Part shown: positions 44,943 to 54,591 of the stretch, in pieces
Layout: each line of letters starts with the position of its first letter
Position numbering within the stretch: position 1 is the first letter of the stretch
Virus record (IMG/VR): IMGVR_UViG_3300031857_000002
Coordinates: 124,001-188,000 of that record
DNA length: 64,000 bases
Direction: 5' to 3' (one strand)
The notes under the pieces: generated by a model
What the model was told of the DNA's origin: nothing
Databases searched by the model: none
What the model saw: the letters and a program-made list of their open reading frames with translations, nothing else
Translations under genes and position numbers: made by a program

Positions 44943-46513
44943 AGCTGTTCCTGTTCCAGTTGATCTAATGCTGTGGTGTCTAATTGTACACTATCATCGG
45001 ATTCAGTGTCAACTTCTGGCTCATCAAAACTGAACAATGCTTTGAACTGTGTACGAGCATTCTTGGCTTTTTTGCCTTTGAAGCCACGAGTGCCCACAAT
45101 CTCCATCCAGTATGAATCATACTGTTCAATTATGGCTTCAGCAGTGTCTCGATCTGGTGCCGCAAAGATTGCTTCCACAATGTCCTCAAACTTGGCATAG
45201 TCTCCACCTTGACGTTGCATCATGGCAGGACGAGATCCTGCATCAAAGCGTCGATTGGCTTCTTGTACCGCAGTCAAGTGCATCCAAACATTGTGACCCA
45301 TAAGCAAAGCATATGAGAATGAATCCCAAGATGTTTTGCCTTCTTTGCCAATTTTATTAAGGTCACCTGGTTTGTAGATGCAGATGTCTTTCATCTTGAA
45401 CAAGTTGCTTAGTGGACTGTCTTCCCAGCGTGGATACACCCCGTCGGCTATTACTCCGTCACTCCACTTGCGTGTGTCTGTGGCGTATTTTTTGTCGTCG
45501 GCTGAAGGAGCCATGCGATACGACCACTTGGAGTCGTGTTCGTAGACATTTTCAAAATACACTTGTCCGTTGGCGGTTGCAAGGAACGGACTGGCGCAGT
45601 CAAACGAGATAGTGAATTGCGGGTTGACATATTTTCTTACGGCTCTCTGGATTACAGTTAATAAAACGGCCCACTCCAACTTGGAGGTGCCCAAGAAGTG
45701 CATCCAATCATGGCGGCCCTCTTGTAGTAGATTGTCGTAGCGCAAGGCTACCAGGCGCCGGAGCACCAAGTGTACATCGCACATGTTTTGTCCGCCCATG
45801 CCCCAGCCATCAAAGTGACGATCTGGGTACACAGCAGGGTCGCAGAAGTGTTTCATTTGCTGATACCATTCTTCTGCTGACGTATGGTTATCACCTTGTA
45901 GCACATTTAAGAAACGTGCGCCACCTTGATCTTTGCCCTTGCGGTGCTTGATAAAGTATTCATTGTTGAACTTGGTGGCTGCCACTGCTTCGTCTAGTGT
46001 TTTGATCTGACAAGCATCCGATGCTTTCTTGTCATGGATAACCCATGTGGGAATATCCAGGCCCATGCCATAGTTAGAAATAGTGTCCAACCAAGTCAAC
46101 ACAGATTCACGTTTCTTTTGTGCTTTGGCGCAACCTGAGTTGGCTTTCCAGTCACCTTCCCACAAGCCCTTGGCAATCTGGAATCCACCAGAGTCACCAA
46201 GCATGATAGTGTTGGGATCACGATTACGAACCATGTCCTCTGACCAGTCCGGCTTGGTCAAGTCCAAGTTAGCATGACCACCAGAATACAGTGACCATTT
46301 GTATGGGAACAATGCTTTCTGACTGTTGAGCCAGTTCATTTGTTCCATGTCTGTAAGACCTTGCGGCAATCTAGCAGGATCTACATATGGTCCATTTACA
46401 GGATCACGTTGCTTGCCCACAAACGTGGCGTAGAAGCCAGAGATAGCCGGAAGGAACACAGCATAGTCGTTCTGCTTGGCAGTTAAGTTGTCTTGAACTA
46501 CAGTCTCGGTCAT
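44939..46513 (-). CDS. dpdA: TGT-like DNA transglycosylase DpdA (7-deazaguanine insertion)
   Basis: GDSGGFQ, LDIP, NVLQG, HFLG, SFDCAS, HN motifs of the TGT/DpdA fold. Confidence 0.8.
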   Translation of the reverse strand: MTETVVQDNLTAKQNDYAVFLPAISGFYATFVGKQRDPVNGPYVDPARLPQGLTDMEQMNWLNSQKALFPYKWSLYSGGHANLDLTKPDWSEDMVRNRDPNTIMLGDSGGFQIAKGLWEGDWKANSGCAKAQKKRESVLTWLDTISNYGMGLDIPTWVIHDKKASDACQIKTLDEAVAATKFNNEYFIKHRKGKDQGGARFLNVLQGDNHTSAEEWYQQMKHFCDPAVYPDRHFDGWGMGGQNMCDVHLVLRRLVALRYDNLLQEGRHDWMHFLGTSKLEWAVLLTVIQRAVRKYVNPQFTISFDCASPFLATANGQVYFENVYEHDSKWSYRMAPSADDKKYATDTRKWSDGVIADGVYPRWEDSPLSNLFKMKDICIYKPGDLNKIGKEGKTSWDSFSYALLMGHNVWMHLTAVQEANRRFDAGSRPAMMQRQGGDYAKFEDIVEAIFAAPDRDTAEAIIEQYDSYWMEIVGTRGFKGKKAKNARTQFKALFSFDEPEVDTESDDSVQLDTTALDQLEQEQL

Positions 46514-47235
46514 TACTTGCTTTGTGCTGGTAAGAGATAGTTGTAAACAGCAACCCCTGAGTCTACTGTGATTTGTGCAACGCCATCATCGCTAATGCGA
46601 ATTGTTTTGTCACCAACCAAGTCCATGATGCTGGCAAATTGTTTGGCTGGATAACTCCACGCACGTTTTAATTGACCTGTAATGTCTGATTGAAACACAA
46701 AGTTGCCAGCGTGTGTAGAGTGATCACCAAAGTAAAACTTCAAGTCTGTGCCATCAGTTTTGACTTGAAAGTTTGGCTCTTCTGCGTTGGCACTCATTTG
46801 CATTTTCAGTCTCATGATGCTGGCAACTGCAGGCTCGAACTCAATGTGCCATGGCACAGATTTCATTCTAGCAGTTTTTAATTTCTCGCTAACAACACCC
46901 GATGTCATAAATCGATAGTTGTTTTTAAAGTCGCCTGTTTTGTTCACAAAGTCAATGCCATCTGGCTCTGTGGGTGTTTTGCGTGTGATAGTAAGTTTGG
47001 CATCTTCTTTATACTCTTGCAAGTTAAGCAAGGTTTTGAGTTTGCTCAAGTTGGGCATACCAAATGTACCAACAAAGTCGGGCACTGGATTTTTGTATTC
47101 GCCTTTGACGATCACGCTCAAATCTTCTGCCAGGCCCTCAATTTGTGTAGTGTTCTCATCGCCTACAATCTTGATCAGGTCAATGCAACCAAGATCATAT
47201 GTGTGTTGTACCAAGTCTAATAGACAGTCTCTCAT
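46513..47235 (-). CDS. probable sliding clamp (gp45-like)
   Basis: ~240 aa, FGMPNL.KL motif, beta-rich C-terminus; next to the DNA polymerase. Confidence 0.55.
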   Translation of the reverse strand: MRDCLLDLVQHTYDLGCIDLIKIVGDENTTQIEGLAEDLSVIVKGEYKNPVPDFVGTFGMPNLSKLKTLLNLQEYKEDAKLTITRKTPTEPDGIDFVNKTGDFKNNYRFMTSGVVSEKLKTARMKSVPWHIEFEPAVASIMRLKMQMSANAEEPNFQVKTDGTDLKFYFGDHSTHAGNFVFQSDITGQLKRAWSYPAKQFASIMDLVGDKTIRISDDGVAQITVDSGVAVYNYLLPAQSK

Positions 47236-47255
47236 AAGTTTCTCCTAAGTGTTTA

Positions 47256-47284
47256 AGTATACAGGGTTTATTTAGATCGCGCAA
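47256..47284 (-). promoter_or_regulatory. promoter of the clamp-dpdA operon
   Basis: TTGCGC-N17-TATACT; spacer shares GATCTAAATA with the folE promoter. Confidence 0.55.
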
Positions 47285-48209
47285 CTATTTTGGCTAAAGT
47301 TTGTCCGCCTCTTAACGAACTAATTTGACCAGGACGTTGCAGTTCCAACCATGACAAATCACCAAGACCTGTGTGTTGATATACAATATCAAACCCTGCT
47401 GATTCGGCTGCCTGGACAATTGCTCGACCAGGTGTATAGCACATGAATTTTTGTTCAGCTAACTCTACGTTGTGCGCACGATCACAATCGTTGATGGTCA
47501 TGATAACCATGCCACCTGGCCGCATTTTTTTGTACATCTCTACGAGATAGCGTGTGATCAATTCCATAGGACGGAAATTGAAATAGTTGTAGGCAAAGAT
47601 CAATCCAAACTGGTCATTGGGCAACGCAGCCAGTATATGTTCGTCTGTTTCGTTGATCACATAAGGTCTTAGTCTTGCTCGATATGTGTCATTGAATTCG
47701 CTTAGTGCAGGATCTATTAGATCCTGATGTTGATCCACAATATACAAAGGATCCAATGGCACAAGTTCTTGAATGAATGTTTCACGGCTAGGTCTGATAA
47801 TCATACCAGGCACACGCCAATCAGTATAACTGCGAAGACGATTTCGCAGGATCAAGTTGCTCTCATCGTCAATTGCCAACTTTCTATTCAGCAGGTACTC
47901 GTTACTTTCCCAACACATTTCATCTTGATAGAATCGTGTGCTTTCTTTATAGTAGGCAACTTCTTGCTTTTTGATCTGTAGGTCAAGATCGCTTTTGAGG
48001 CCAGAGAATACTTTGTCAAACTGGTCAAACGAATCCTTTACAGCAGAGAACCGTTTTTCAATACGATGTTTGTAAAATCCAATATCTGACTCGTTGTTAG
48101 CAACCACATGATTTATAGCAGACAACTCGTGTTCAGCCTGTCCACGTATGGCGTCAAGACTCATACTTTCAAGTTGATTACGATAGGCAATAATGCTACT
48201 GAGTTTCAT
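47268..48209 (-). CDS. coiled-coil plus SAM methyltransferase-like protein
   Basis: LPNDQFGLI..FN, MRPGG motif. Confidence 0.5.
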   Translation of the reverse strand: MKLSSIIAYRNQLESMSLDAIRGQAEHELSAINHVVANNESDIGFYKHRIEKRFSAVKDSFDQFDKVFSGLKSDLDLQIKKQEVAYYKESTRFYQDEMCWESNEYLLNRKLAIDDESNLILRNRLRSYTDWRVPGMIIRPSRETFIQELVPLDPLYIVDQHQDLIDPALSEFNDTYRARLRPYVINETDEHILAALPNDQFGLIFAYNYFNFRPMELITRYLVEMYKKMRPGGMVIMTINDCDRAHNVELAEQKFMCYTPGRAIVQAAESAGFDIVYQHTGLGDLSWLELQRPGQISSLRGGQTLAKIVARSK

Positions 48210-50866
48210 TCAAATGCAAATAAACTTGTAAATGTGTTTTCTGTGTTGGTTGCTGACGCTAAGTTCCATTCCAACACACCTAGCAAGTTGTCAACCTTTT
48301 GGTCCACAACAGTTGCTTCCATCAGTCCGTCATCAAACGGCAATTCCTTAAACCATTCTGGTAGGCGTTGTTCATCAGTGGGATAGCCGATGCTGGTCCA
48401 GCCAAGTGCATTTGACTTGAGCTTGCACACAATAGTTTTCATACCATCCACAATCTGCATTGAGTAGTTGTCACCATTCATCCTACGCATTTGATTCCAG
48501 TTCATTGCGGCCCTGACGTGCCCTGGCATGTTGGCTTTGCCAAGGCGGGCCTCTTCTGCCGCATACTTGGTCAAGTTATTCACACGCTTGGGCGAACCTT
48601 TTTCCCACCCTGGCCGTTCCATAAACTCATACTTGAATTCACGAATACGTTCGATGATTGCTTCACGTGTGGCACCATGCAATGTACTATTTAGAATTTC
48701 CAACAAGAAGTCTTGAATTACCTTGGGCGTATCACTACGCTTCAAGTCTAGGCCCATGGCTTTGGTTTTGCCTTTCTTGCCGTCCACATCTAGTCTCTTG
48801 CCCTCAAGGTCAATGATGTTTACAGCATAACGTTTCTTTGTGATAAACAATCCGCGATCTGCTACCAGTTCTCGACCTGCCGCAATCAGCGCACCCATCT
48901 CTCTTGGGCAGTGAAATGCCTGTTCCATAAAGCCCGGAAAACTCTCATTCACTTGTTCAGCAATGGAGTCATACAGTTGGATGCAAGTTTCCTTGTTCCA
49001 CTCCATGCGACCTTCTGCTACTTCCTTCTTTAACACTGGCCAAGCAGTAAAGTAACAGGAGTCTGTGTCACCATAAATGATAGCTTCGCCTGTGTGATCA
49101 TATATGCCAGTGATACACTCATTAATATGTGCATCCATGTGCCGAGCAATGGCACGACCAGTCAAGGTAGTTGACTGACCAATTCTGTGATCAAAGAATC
49201 TGCAACCTGAATTCAAAATAGCACCATATAACGAGTTCAAGTTAATCTTCTTGACCAACTGCCTCTTGTCCCAGAATGCTTCTTCTTTTTTGTCCTTGGC
49301 TGTTTTCTTTTTGGCCTGCAGTTCTTTACGTTCCGAATACCAGCGTTCCAACAAACCCGGGATGATACCCTTCTTCTCATATGTAAGGATAGTTCCGTTA
49401 GCACTCATGATCCAAGGCTGGTTGCTGTCAAACATAATGGTCCAGATCTCTGCGGCACTGTGTGTGCTTTCTGTGCCATCCTGCCAGTCAATGGTGATCT
49501 CTGTACCACGTTGCTGTTCCATCACCGCAGTGTATTCTAAACTGCCAAACAAGCCCTCCCAGGCCGCCGCAAAACTTGCACCCTTGGCAATCTTTTCTTT
49601 GATATACTGGTCAGTCATGATAGGACGCAGTTGTCCCACCACAGTCTCTGGACCCATGTTCATGGCACGAATAGCCGAAGGATACAGACTGTTAATGTCA
49701 ACAGATCCAATCCAATCATGCAAGCCCTTCTTTGGATAAGCAACATACGCACCTGCGGCTTGTGTGTCATCATCTGTTAGGCGTTGCTTGCGATTGGGTA
49801 CAACCATGCCACGTTCATGTGCTTCATTGATAATGGCCTGCTCGGTCACTGCCACAGCACCCATTGTAGTTTGTAGCAACACAGTATTGGCATGTGCCAA
49901 TTCGCTTGCTAGAGCCAAAAATTGTAGTTTACGATCCAATTTGTGCAACAACAATGTATCTTGTCTGTTGTATTCAATAAACTTTTTGAAGTGTTGATTG
50001 TACAACTGATCCAAAGTGCCTTCGAACTGTGTCTTGCGCTCATTGAGTTCGTATTCGCCAATGGCATCTAAACTGTAACTATGACGTTCTTCATACGTGT
50101 ACTTGCGATACAATTGCATATAGTCCATATGCACACGACCAATCAAGTCATATGTTTGATTCTCGCTGCCAAAGCGTTCAAACATACGCATCTTGGGCAA
50201 TTGTCCCCACAAGCAGAACTTGCGTGTGTCGTCTTTGCTTAACACACGAGTGCAACGATTCACAGTGTATGGAATATCGTAACCCTCTGAGTTCCAGCCT
50301 GACAGCACATCTGCATCTTCAATCAAGTCTAGGAATGTTTTGATCATATCCTCTTCTCGTTCAAACAGCATGGTGTTTTCAAAGTCCTTTACAAGGTCTT
50401 GCGCAGTCTCCCAACTTAACCCACGAGGCGGAACTGCTAGTGTGACCAATTGATCTAACCAGTTTAGGTAGACTGAGATTGCAGTGATGGGATTGAATGG
50501 ATCACTCACTGGCGAGAAACCTCGCTCTTTGTCAAAGTCTACCTCAATGTCAAAAAATGCAACATTGAGTTCTGGGGCGTCTTGGTCTTTGTAGTTTTCT
50601 TCTAAACAACGAAAGATTGGGTTGATATCACTCTCGTACAATTGCTTGCTGGAGTGCATTTTGACTTCCTTGCGGAACTCTTTGTTGTTGCGGGTTGAGA
50701 AACGACTAACAGGTGTGCCGTAGATGCTTTGGAACTTGCCTCGGGCATCGTCATAGTAAAAGATGTAGTTGGCAGGATACTCTTGGTATTTCCTCACGCC
50801 GTCTCGGCGTTCTACAACATGAATGCGATCGTGTTCACGATCAAAAAGTGCGTCAATATAACTCAT
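48206..50866 (-). CDS. family B DNA polymerase (gp43-like)
   Basis: FDIE exonuclease I, DINSLYPS, KINLNSLYG, YGDTDS, KKRY. Confidence 0.97.
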   Translation of the reverse strand: MSYIDALFDREHDRIHVVERRDGVRKYQEYPANYIFYYDDARGKFQSIYGTPVSRFSTRNNKEFRKEVKMHSSKQLYESDINPIFRCLEENYKDQDAPELNVAFFDIEVDFDKERGFSPVSDPFNPITAISVYLNWLDQLVTLAVPPRGLSWETAQDLVKDFENTMLFEREEDMIKTFLDLIEDADVLSGWNSEGYDIPYTVNRCTRVLSKDDTRKFCLWGQLPKMRMFERFGSENQTYDLIGRVHMDYMQLYRKYTYEERHSYSLDAIGEYELNERKTQFEGTLDQLYNQHFKKFIEYNRQDTLLLHKLDRKLQFLALASELAHANTVLLQTTMGAVAVTEQAIINEAHERGMVVPNRKQRLTDDDTQAAGAYVAYPKKGLHDWIGSVDINSLYPSAIRAMNMGPETVVGQLRPIMTDQYIKEKIAKGASFAAAWEGLFGSLEYTAVMEQQRGTEITIDWQDGTESTHSAAEIWTIMFDSNQPWIMSANGTILTYEKKGIIPGLLERWYSERKELQAKKKTAKDKKEEAFWDKRQLVKKINLNSLYGAILNSGCRFFDHRIGQSTTLTGRAIARHMDAHINECITGIYDHTGEAIIYGDTDSCYFTAWPVLKKEVAEGRMEWNKETCIQLYDSIAEQVNESFPGFMEQAFHCPREMGALIAAGRELVADRGLFITKKRYAVNIIDLEGKRLDVDGKKGKTKAMGLDLKRSDTPKVIQDFLLEILNSTLHGATREAIIERIREFKYEFMERPGWEKGSPKRVNNLTKYAAEEARLGKANMPGHVRAAMNWNQMRRMNGDNYSMQIVDGMKTIVCKLKSNALGWTSIGYPTDEQRLPEWFKELPFDDGLMEATVVDQKVDNLLGVLEWNLASATNTENTFTSLFAFE

Positions 50867-50937
50867 AGTCTCCGTTTGTGGCCGGTAAGCCGTGATTCAT
50901 GCTCGTAACGTGAGCGACTCGCTGTTGAGACAGATAT

Positions 50938-51201
50938 TTATAGAGTTTTGCCAACGGTTTCTAAAATTGTTTCTAGTGTTTCGTGGTCTTGTTTCTCTTG
51001 ACCAAAGCTGGCTTTGTGTGCTAACTTGACTGCTTTTTTAAGAATAGCAGGTTTAACTTCAAGTTCTTCCGCAACAGCTTTGATGGTGTCATTGAGACCA
51101 CCTTGTAATGTATCAATTTCATGCATGACTTGCATGCCCTCGTTGATAATTTGCACGAGTTTGATCTTTTGATCGCCATTGAAAGTTTTGGGTTGTGACA
51201 T
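50938..51201 (-). CDS. T4 DsbA/GapR-like dsDNA-binding protein
   Basis: 87-aa helical protein, pattern DTIKAVAEELEVKPAILKKAVKLAHK. Confidence 0.6.
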   Translation of the reverse strand: MSQPKTFNGDQKIKLVQIINEGMQVMHEIDTLQGGLNDTIKAVAEELEVKPAILKKAVKLAHKASFGQEKQDHETLETILETVGKTL

Positions 51202-51220
51202 AAAATACTCCTTGTTTTCT

Positions 51221-51249
51221 ATTGTATACTTGTTCTAGAGCAAAGTCAA
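51221..51249 (-). promoter_or_regulatory. sigma70-type promoter
   Basis: TTGACT-N17-TACAAT. Confidence 0.7.
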
Positions 51250-51286
51250 ATAATGTTTGGCTCAATATAGCCAAATAAATATTTGT

Positions 51287-52168
51287 ATGCCAAAATTCCA
51301 CGTTGAGATAAACAATGAGGTTGATTTCTACATCAATCTCTATAACACAGAACTTGCTGAACGATTCTATCAAGCCCATGCCAATGTAAAACGAGAACAT
51401 CCTGACTGGGCGCAGGCCCGCCTTCAAGACTACAATCGATTCAACATCACATACTTTAAAGAACTGATTGCACAGGCGCAGGCACAAAACATTGTGAATT
51501 GGGCACATTATGAAATATTGCCAGGAGCAGAAAACTACGCTGCCAATCAAGTGGTGTTTAACCACATGCATCGAGACGTTGAAGTCTGCGCTGGAATCAA
51601 CCAGTATGCAGGTCTTGAAGATGATCAACGTCTGTTAGTTGATGAACTACACTGGTGCCTCCACAGCCTTGAGTCACCAGATGCTCCTAAAGATTACAAA
51701 TTTGTGCCAAGAGATATAGTACAGTTTACCTATCGTGGAGAACTATTACGTCCCAACATGTCCAAGGATACTGTGTTTAAAAAACAGTTGTTGCCTGGCG
51801 AAATCATGCTGGACTATCCTTATGTGGGCAAAGAACCACTTTACTGTATCATTCACGAAGACAACGACATGCTAGAACAAGCCTGTAAAATTATTGAACA
51901 TATCAGTTATAGTTGGAAACTGCATTTATCCCCAACAATAGCAACACAATGGGCTGGCGGCCCATGTTGGCCCAAGGATGTTGATGCCGCTCTTACTGCG
52001 TGGTATTATGCACACCAACCAACCCTTGATCGCATGGGCTACGGGCTTGATCTTATTTTAGCTAGATCTGGATTTTGTCCTGTTGGTATCATTGATGATG
52101 TTGCCAAACTTGATTACGTAAGAAACACACCAGTAATCAAACTTACCAACTACGAATTATTAGCATGA
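51287..52168 (+). CDS. hypothetical protein
   Basis: Long ORF with TAAATA upstream; ELHWCLHSLE and YPYVGK. Confidence 0.65.
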   Translation: MPKFHVEINNEVDFYINLYNTELAERFYQAHANVKREHPDWAQARLQDYNRFNITYFKELIAQAQAQNIVNWAHYEILPGAENYAANQVVFNHMHRDVEVCAGINQYAGLEDDQRLLVDELHWCLHSLESPDAPKDYKFVPRDIVQFTYRGELLRPNMSKDTVFKKQLLPGEIMLDYPYVGKEPLYCIIHEDNDMLEQACKIIEHISYSWKLHLSPTIATQWAGGPCWPKDVDAALTAWYYAHQPTLDRMGYGLDLILARSGFCPVGIIDDVAKLDYVRNTPVIKLTNYELLA

Positions 52169-53523
52169 AAAAAGACTTCCCAGAAATTGCCGTTGTCATG
52201 TACAACAATCTTCCTGAACGTTGTAAAGAAATCAGCGAAAACCTATGTGACCTAACTAGATTCAAGTTCAACGGACAATATCAATTTTCAATATACGAAA
52301 CTGATAGCATTACAGCTACTCTAAAAACCCTTATTGGTCAGCACAAATGGGCTGTGGTAGTATCTGCTGGCAATACCTTGCAAACACAGATGTTGATAGT
52401 GGACATTGTCGACCACGCACGCCGCGAAAAATCTCCTTTGAGTTGTCATATTTTAGATCGTGGAGGATATTATCACTTGCATTCGCAGTGCTTTGCTGTA
52501 GACCTTGATGTGTACCAAGAGATTGACTGTCCCGCATTTGAAGAAACGCCAGGGCCTGTACAACTTACAACATTGCATACTACTCGCAGTGAGGACAGCG
52601 TACACGACGATTATACCCCTTGGTGGTTGCATGCTGGCACAGATTCACAGGAATACACTAGCAACCAAGGATATTTTGGTATACAAGTAATTGCTGGCAT
52701 GATACGTGCAGGATATAACATTACCAATATACCTATAGAAATACGCCAACGCAAAAACTATTGTTATCCCGAATACAACCTAGATGAAATAAAGCGTATT
52801 ATTGCTGACCCTAAATACTTGCCTGTTAACGATGGCGGACCTGTGTGGTGGTTCTCGCATGAAATGCGCGATATGGTACAAGGACTCAGTAGAGGTTACT
52901 ATGTGTTGAATACAGAGCGATTGTATTTTGACACACGATTGGTCAGTCGTAAGTTTGATTGCTTTGTTGGTGTGGCCAGCGGAGTCAAGCCTGCTTGTTT
53001 AATCGGGCAATTGGACTTTGCTGATAACTCTCAAGTAATACTAGCAGATATCAGTCCTGCAGCACTAAAATGGCAGAGATATTTGTTTAATTCGTGGGAT
53101 GGTGATTTTAACAAGTTAGAATCGTTGTTGACCACATTCAAACACCAAAATCCTAATCTTAGTCCTATCTATTACCGGCGACAGACATTTGAAGAATTAA
53201 TCTCTTGGTTCTTTTCACACGTGAACATGGAACCTGCTGAGTTTCAACAATGCTGGAAAAAATACACCAGCATGAACGTACAATTTGTTGAGCTAAACTT
53301 TTTAGAACCTAGAGGGGTAGATTTTGTGGTTGATGTTATTAATCAGCACAGTCAAGGCGCTTATGTATGGACCAGCAACTTGTTCCACATGGACTACTTG
53401 AGTTTTTATAAAACAAATCGTTGGGCTGAGCAACGCCTCACAGAATTTAAGCAGGCATTACACACACGCTGTCAACTGCCAGTTACACTAGAAAATGGTT
53501 GGTCGTTTGATTTTTTTAGATAA
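52165..53523 (+). CDS. hypothetical protein (possible GT-A-like N-terminal and Rossmann-like C-terminal halves)
   Basis: 452-aa ORF coupled to the upstream gene. Confidence 0.55.
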   Translation: MKKDFPEIAVVMYNNLPERCKEISENLCDLTRFKFNGQYQFSIYETDSITATLKTLIGQHKWAVVVSAGNTLQTQMLIVDIVDHARREKSPLSCHILDRGGYYHLHSQCFAVDLDVYQEIDCPAFEETPGPVQLTTLHTTRSEDSVHDDYTPWWLHAGTDSQEYTSNQGYFGIQVIAGMIRAGYNITNIPIEIRQRKNYCYPEYNLDEIKRIIADPKYLPVNDGGPVWWFSHEMRDMVQGLSRGYYVLNTERLYFDTRLVSRKFDCFVGVASGVKPACLIGQLDFADNSQVILADISPAALKWQRYLFNSWDGDFNKLESLLTTFKHQNPNLSPIYYRRQTFEELISWFFSHVNMEPAEFQQCWKKYTSMNVQFVELNFLEPRGVDFVVDVINQHSQGAYVWTSNLFHMDYLSFYKTNRWAEQRLTEFKQALHTRCQLPVTLENGWSFDFFR

Positions 53524-54209
53524 CTGTTGACCAGCAACGGAGCCAGTCGTTCCATGTCTGCTTCGCCGTGTACAATAATGTGAAATCGATCAGTATTGCT
53601 GTCATTGTACACACAATGTGGATAGTGATTGTTAAAATAAAACATACTGCCTGAATCTTTAAATGGTAATGTGCCGTGTGTGTTAACTAGTTTACATCCA
53701 TCTGGTTGATTAAGGCTAATGTTTACGGCCCCACCAAGGAATGACGTGTGATGATCTTGGTGTGGCATAATAAATCCACCTGGTTCCAACAACATAAATC
53801 TCACTCTTGCATATCGACGATAAGGAAATTGTTCCTTAAAAAACTTCACAGTCACAGGACAATAATCCTGTATCTCAGTCCAGTCATACTTTGCAGTTTT
53901 AGAATCTAATCCATAGGTTTCGGCCACATTGGTTTTGGTGGCACTGATACCATGGATGGCCAAGCTACTCCATCCTTGATGCCCTCCTTCGTCGCTACGA
54001 TGACCTACAAACATTGATTTTAATGCCTGTGCTTCCGTCAACATCTCTTTGTAAGGTGCATCAATGCCTAGTATTTCCAACCAAGGTGCATGACTTTGAT
54101 TGAATATCCAACCAGCTTGCCATCGAGGATGCCCTGCTGGCAATGCGGTTAGTGGTGCAAGGTCAATATTACTGTGTTGATTGATAAAGTTGGTTAGTTC
54201 AGGGTTCAT
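53472..54209 (-). CDS. Asp/Asn beta-hydroxylase-like 2OG-Fe(II) oxygenase
   Basis: RFMLLEPGGFIMPHQD...HCVYN...DRFHIIVH. Confidence 0.75.
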   Translation of the reverse strand: MNPELTNFINQHSNIDLAPLTALPAGHPRWQAGWIFNQSHAPWLEILGIDAPYKEMLTEAQALKSMFVGHRSDEGGHQGWSSLAIHGISATKTNVAETYGLDSKTAKYDWTEIQDYCPVTVKFFKEQFPYRRYARVRFMLLEPGGFIMPHQDHHTSFLGGAVNISLNQPDGCKLVNTHGTLPFKDSGSMFYFNNHYPHCVYNDSNTDRFHIIVHGEADMERLAPLLVNSYLKKSNDQPFSSVTGS

Positions 54210-54240
54210 AGTTGTATATGCTAATAAGCAACATGAGATA

Positions 54241-54335
54241 TAGCTCACTTTTGGGTTCACGGTAGCGAATCGTTACATCAAGGCAGCAGCCGCCTCACAC
54301 TATCGGTAACAAGTTACCGGTCCTAAGGTGTGTTC
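54241..54335 (-). ncRNA. unassigned structured element
   Basis: CACAC/GUGUG stem, CGGUAA-CUUG-UUACCG and AGGC/GCCU hairpins, possible UUCGCU/AGUGAG pseudoknot. Confidence 0.45.
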
Positions 54336-54338
54336 AGG

Positions 54339-54581
54339 TTATGTAGATGCTGTGTGCCTTACATTTGCATACTCTTCCCATTCAGCAAACATAGCATTGG
54401 CTTCATCATTGGCGTTTGATGAATGTGCTGATGGATTGGCTTCTTGCCAGATTTTGTGCTTTGCAGCCGCTTCCCACCATGCCGCCTGGCGCTCTGTGTT
54501 GTCATTAATCCAGTCGTCAAATCCAAGTTTGTCGTCATCATATGTGCATTCGTGTCCACTGGCGCTTCGGTATATTGCCAT
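54339..54581 (-). CDS. hypothetical protein
   Basis: AAGGA RBS. Confidence 0.55.
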   Translation of the reverse strand: MAIYRSASGHECTYDDDKLGFDDWINDNTERQAAWWEAAAKHKIWQEANPSAHSSNANDEANAMFAEWEEYANVRHTAST

Positions 54582-54591
54582 AATATGTTCC

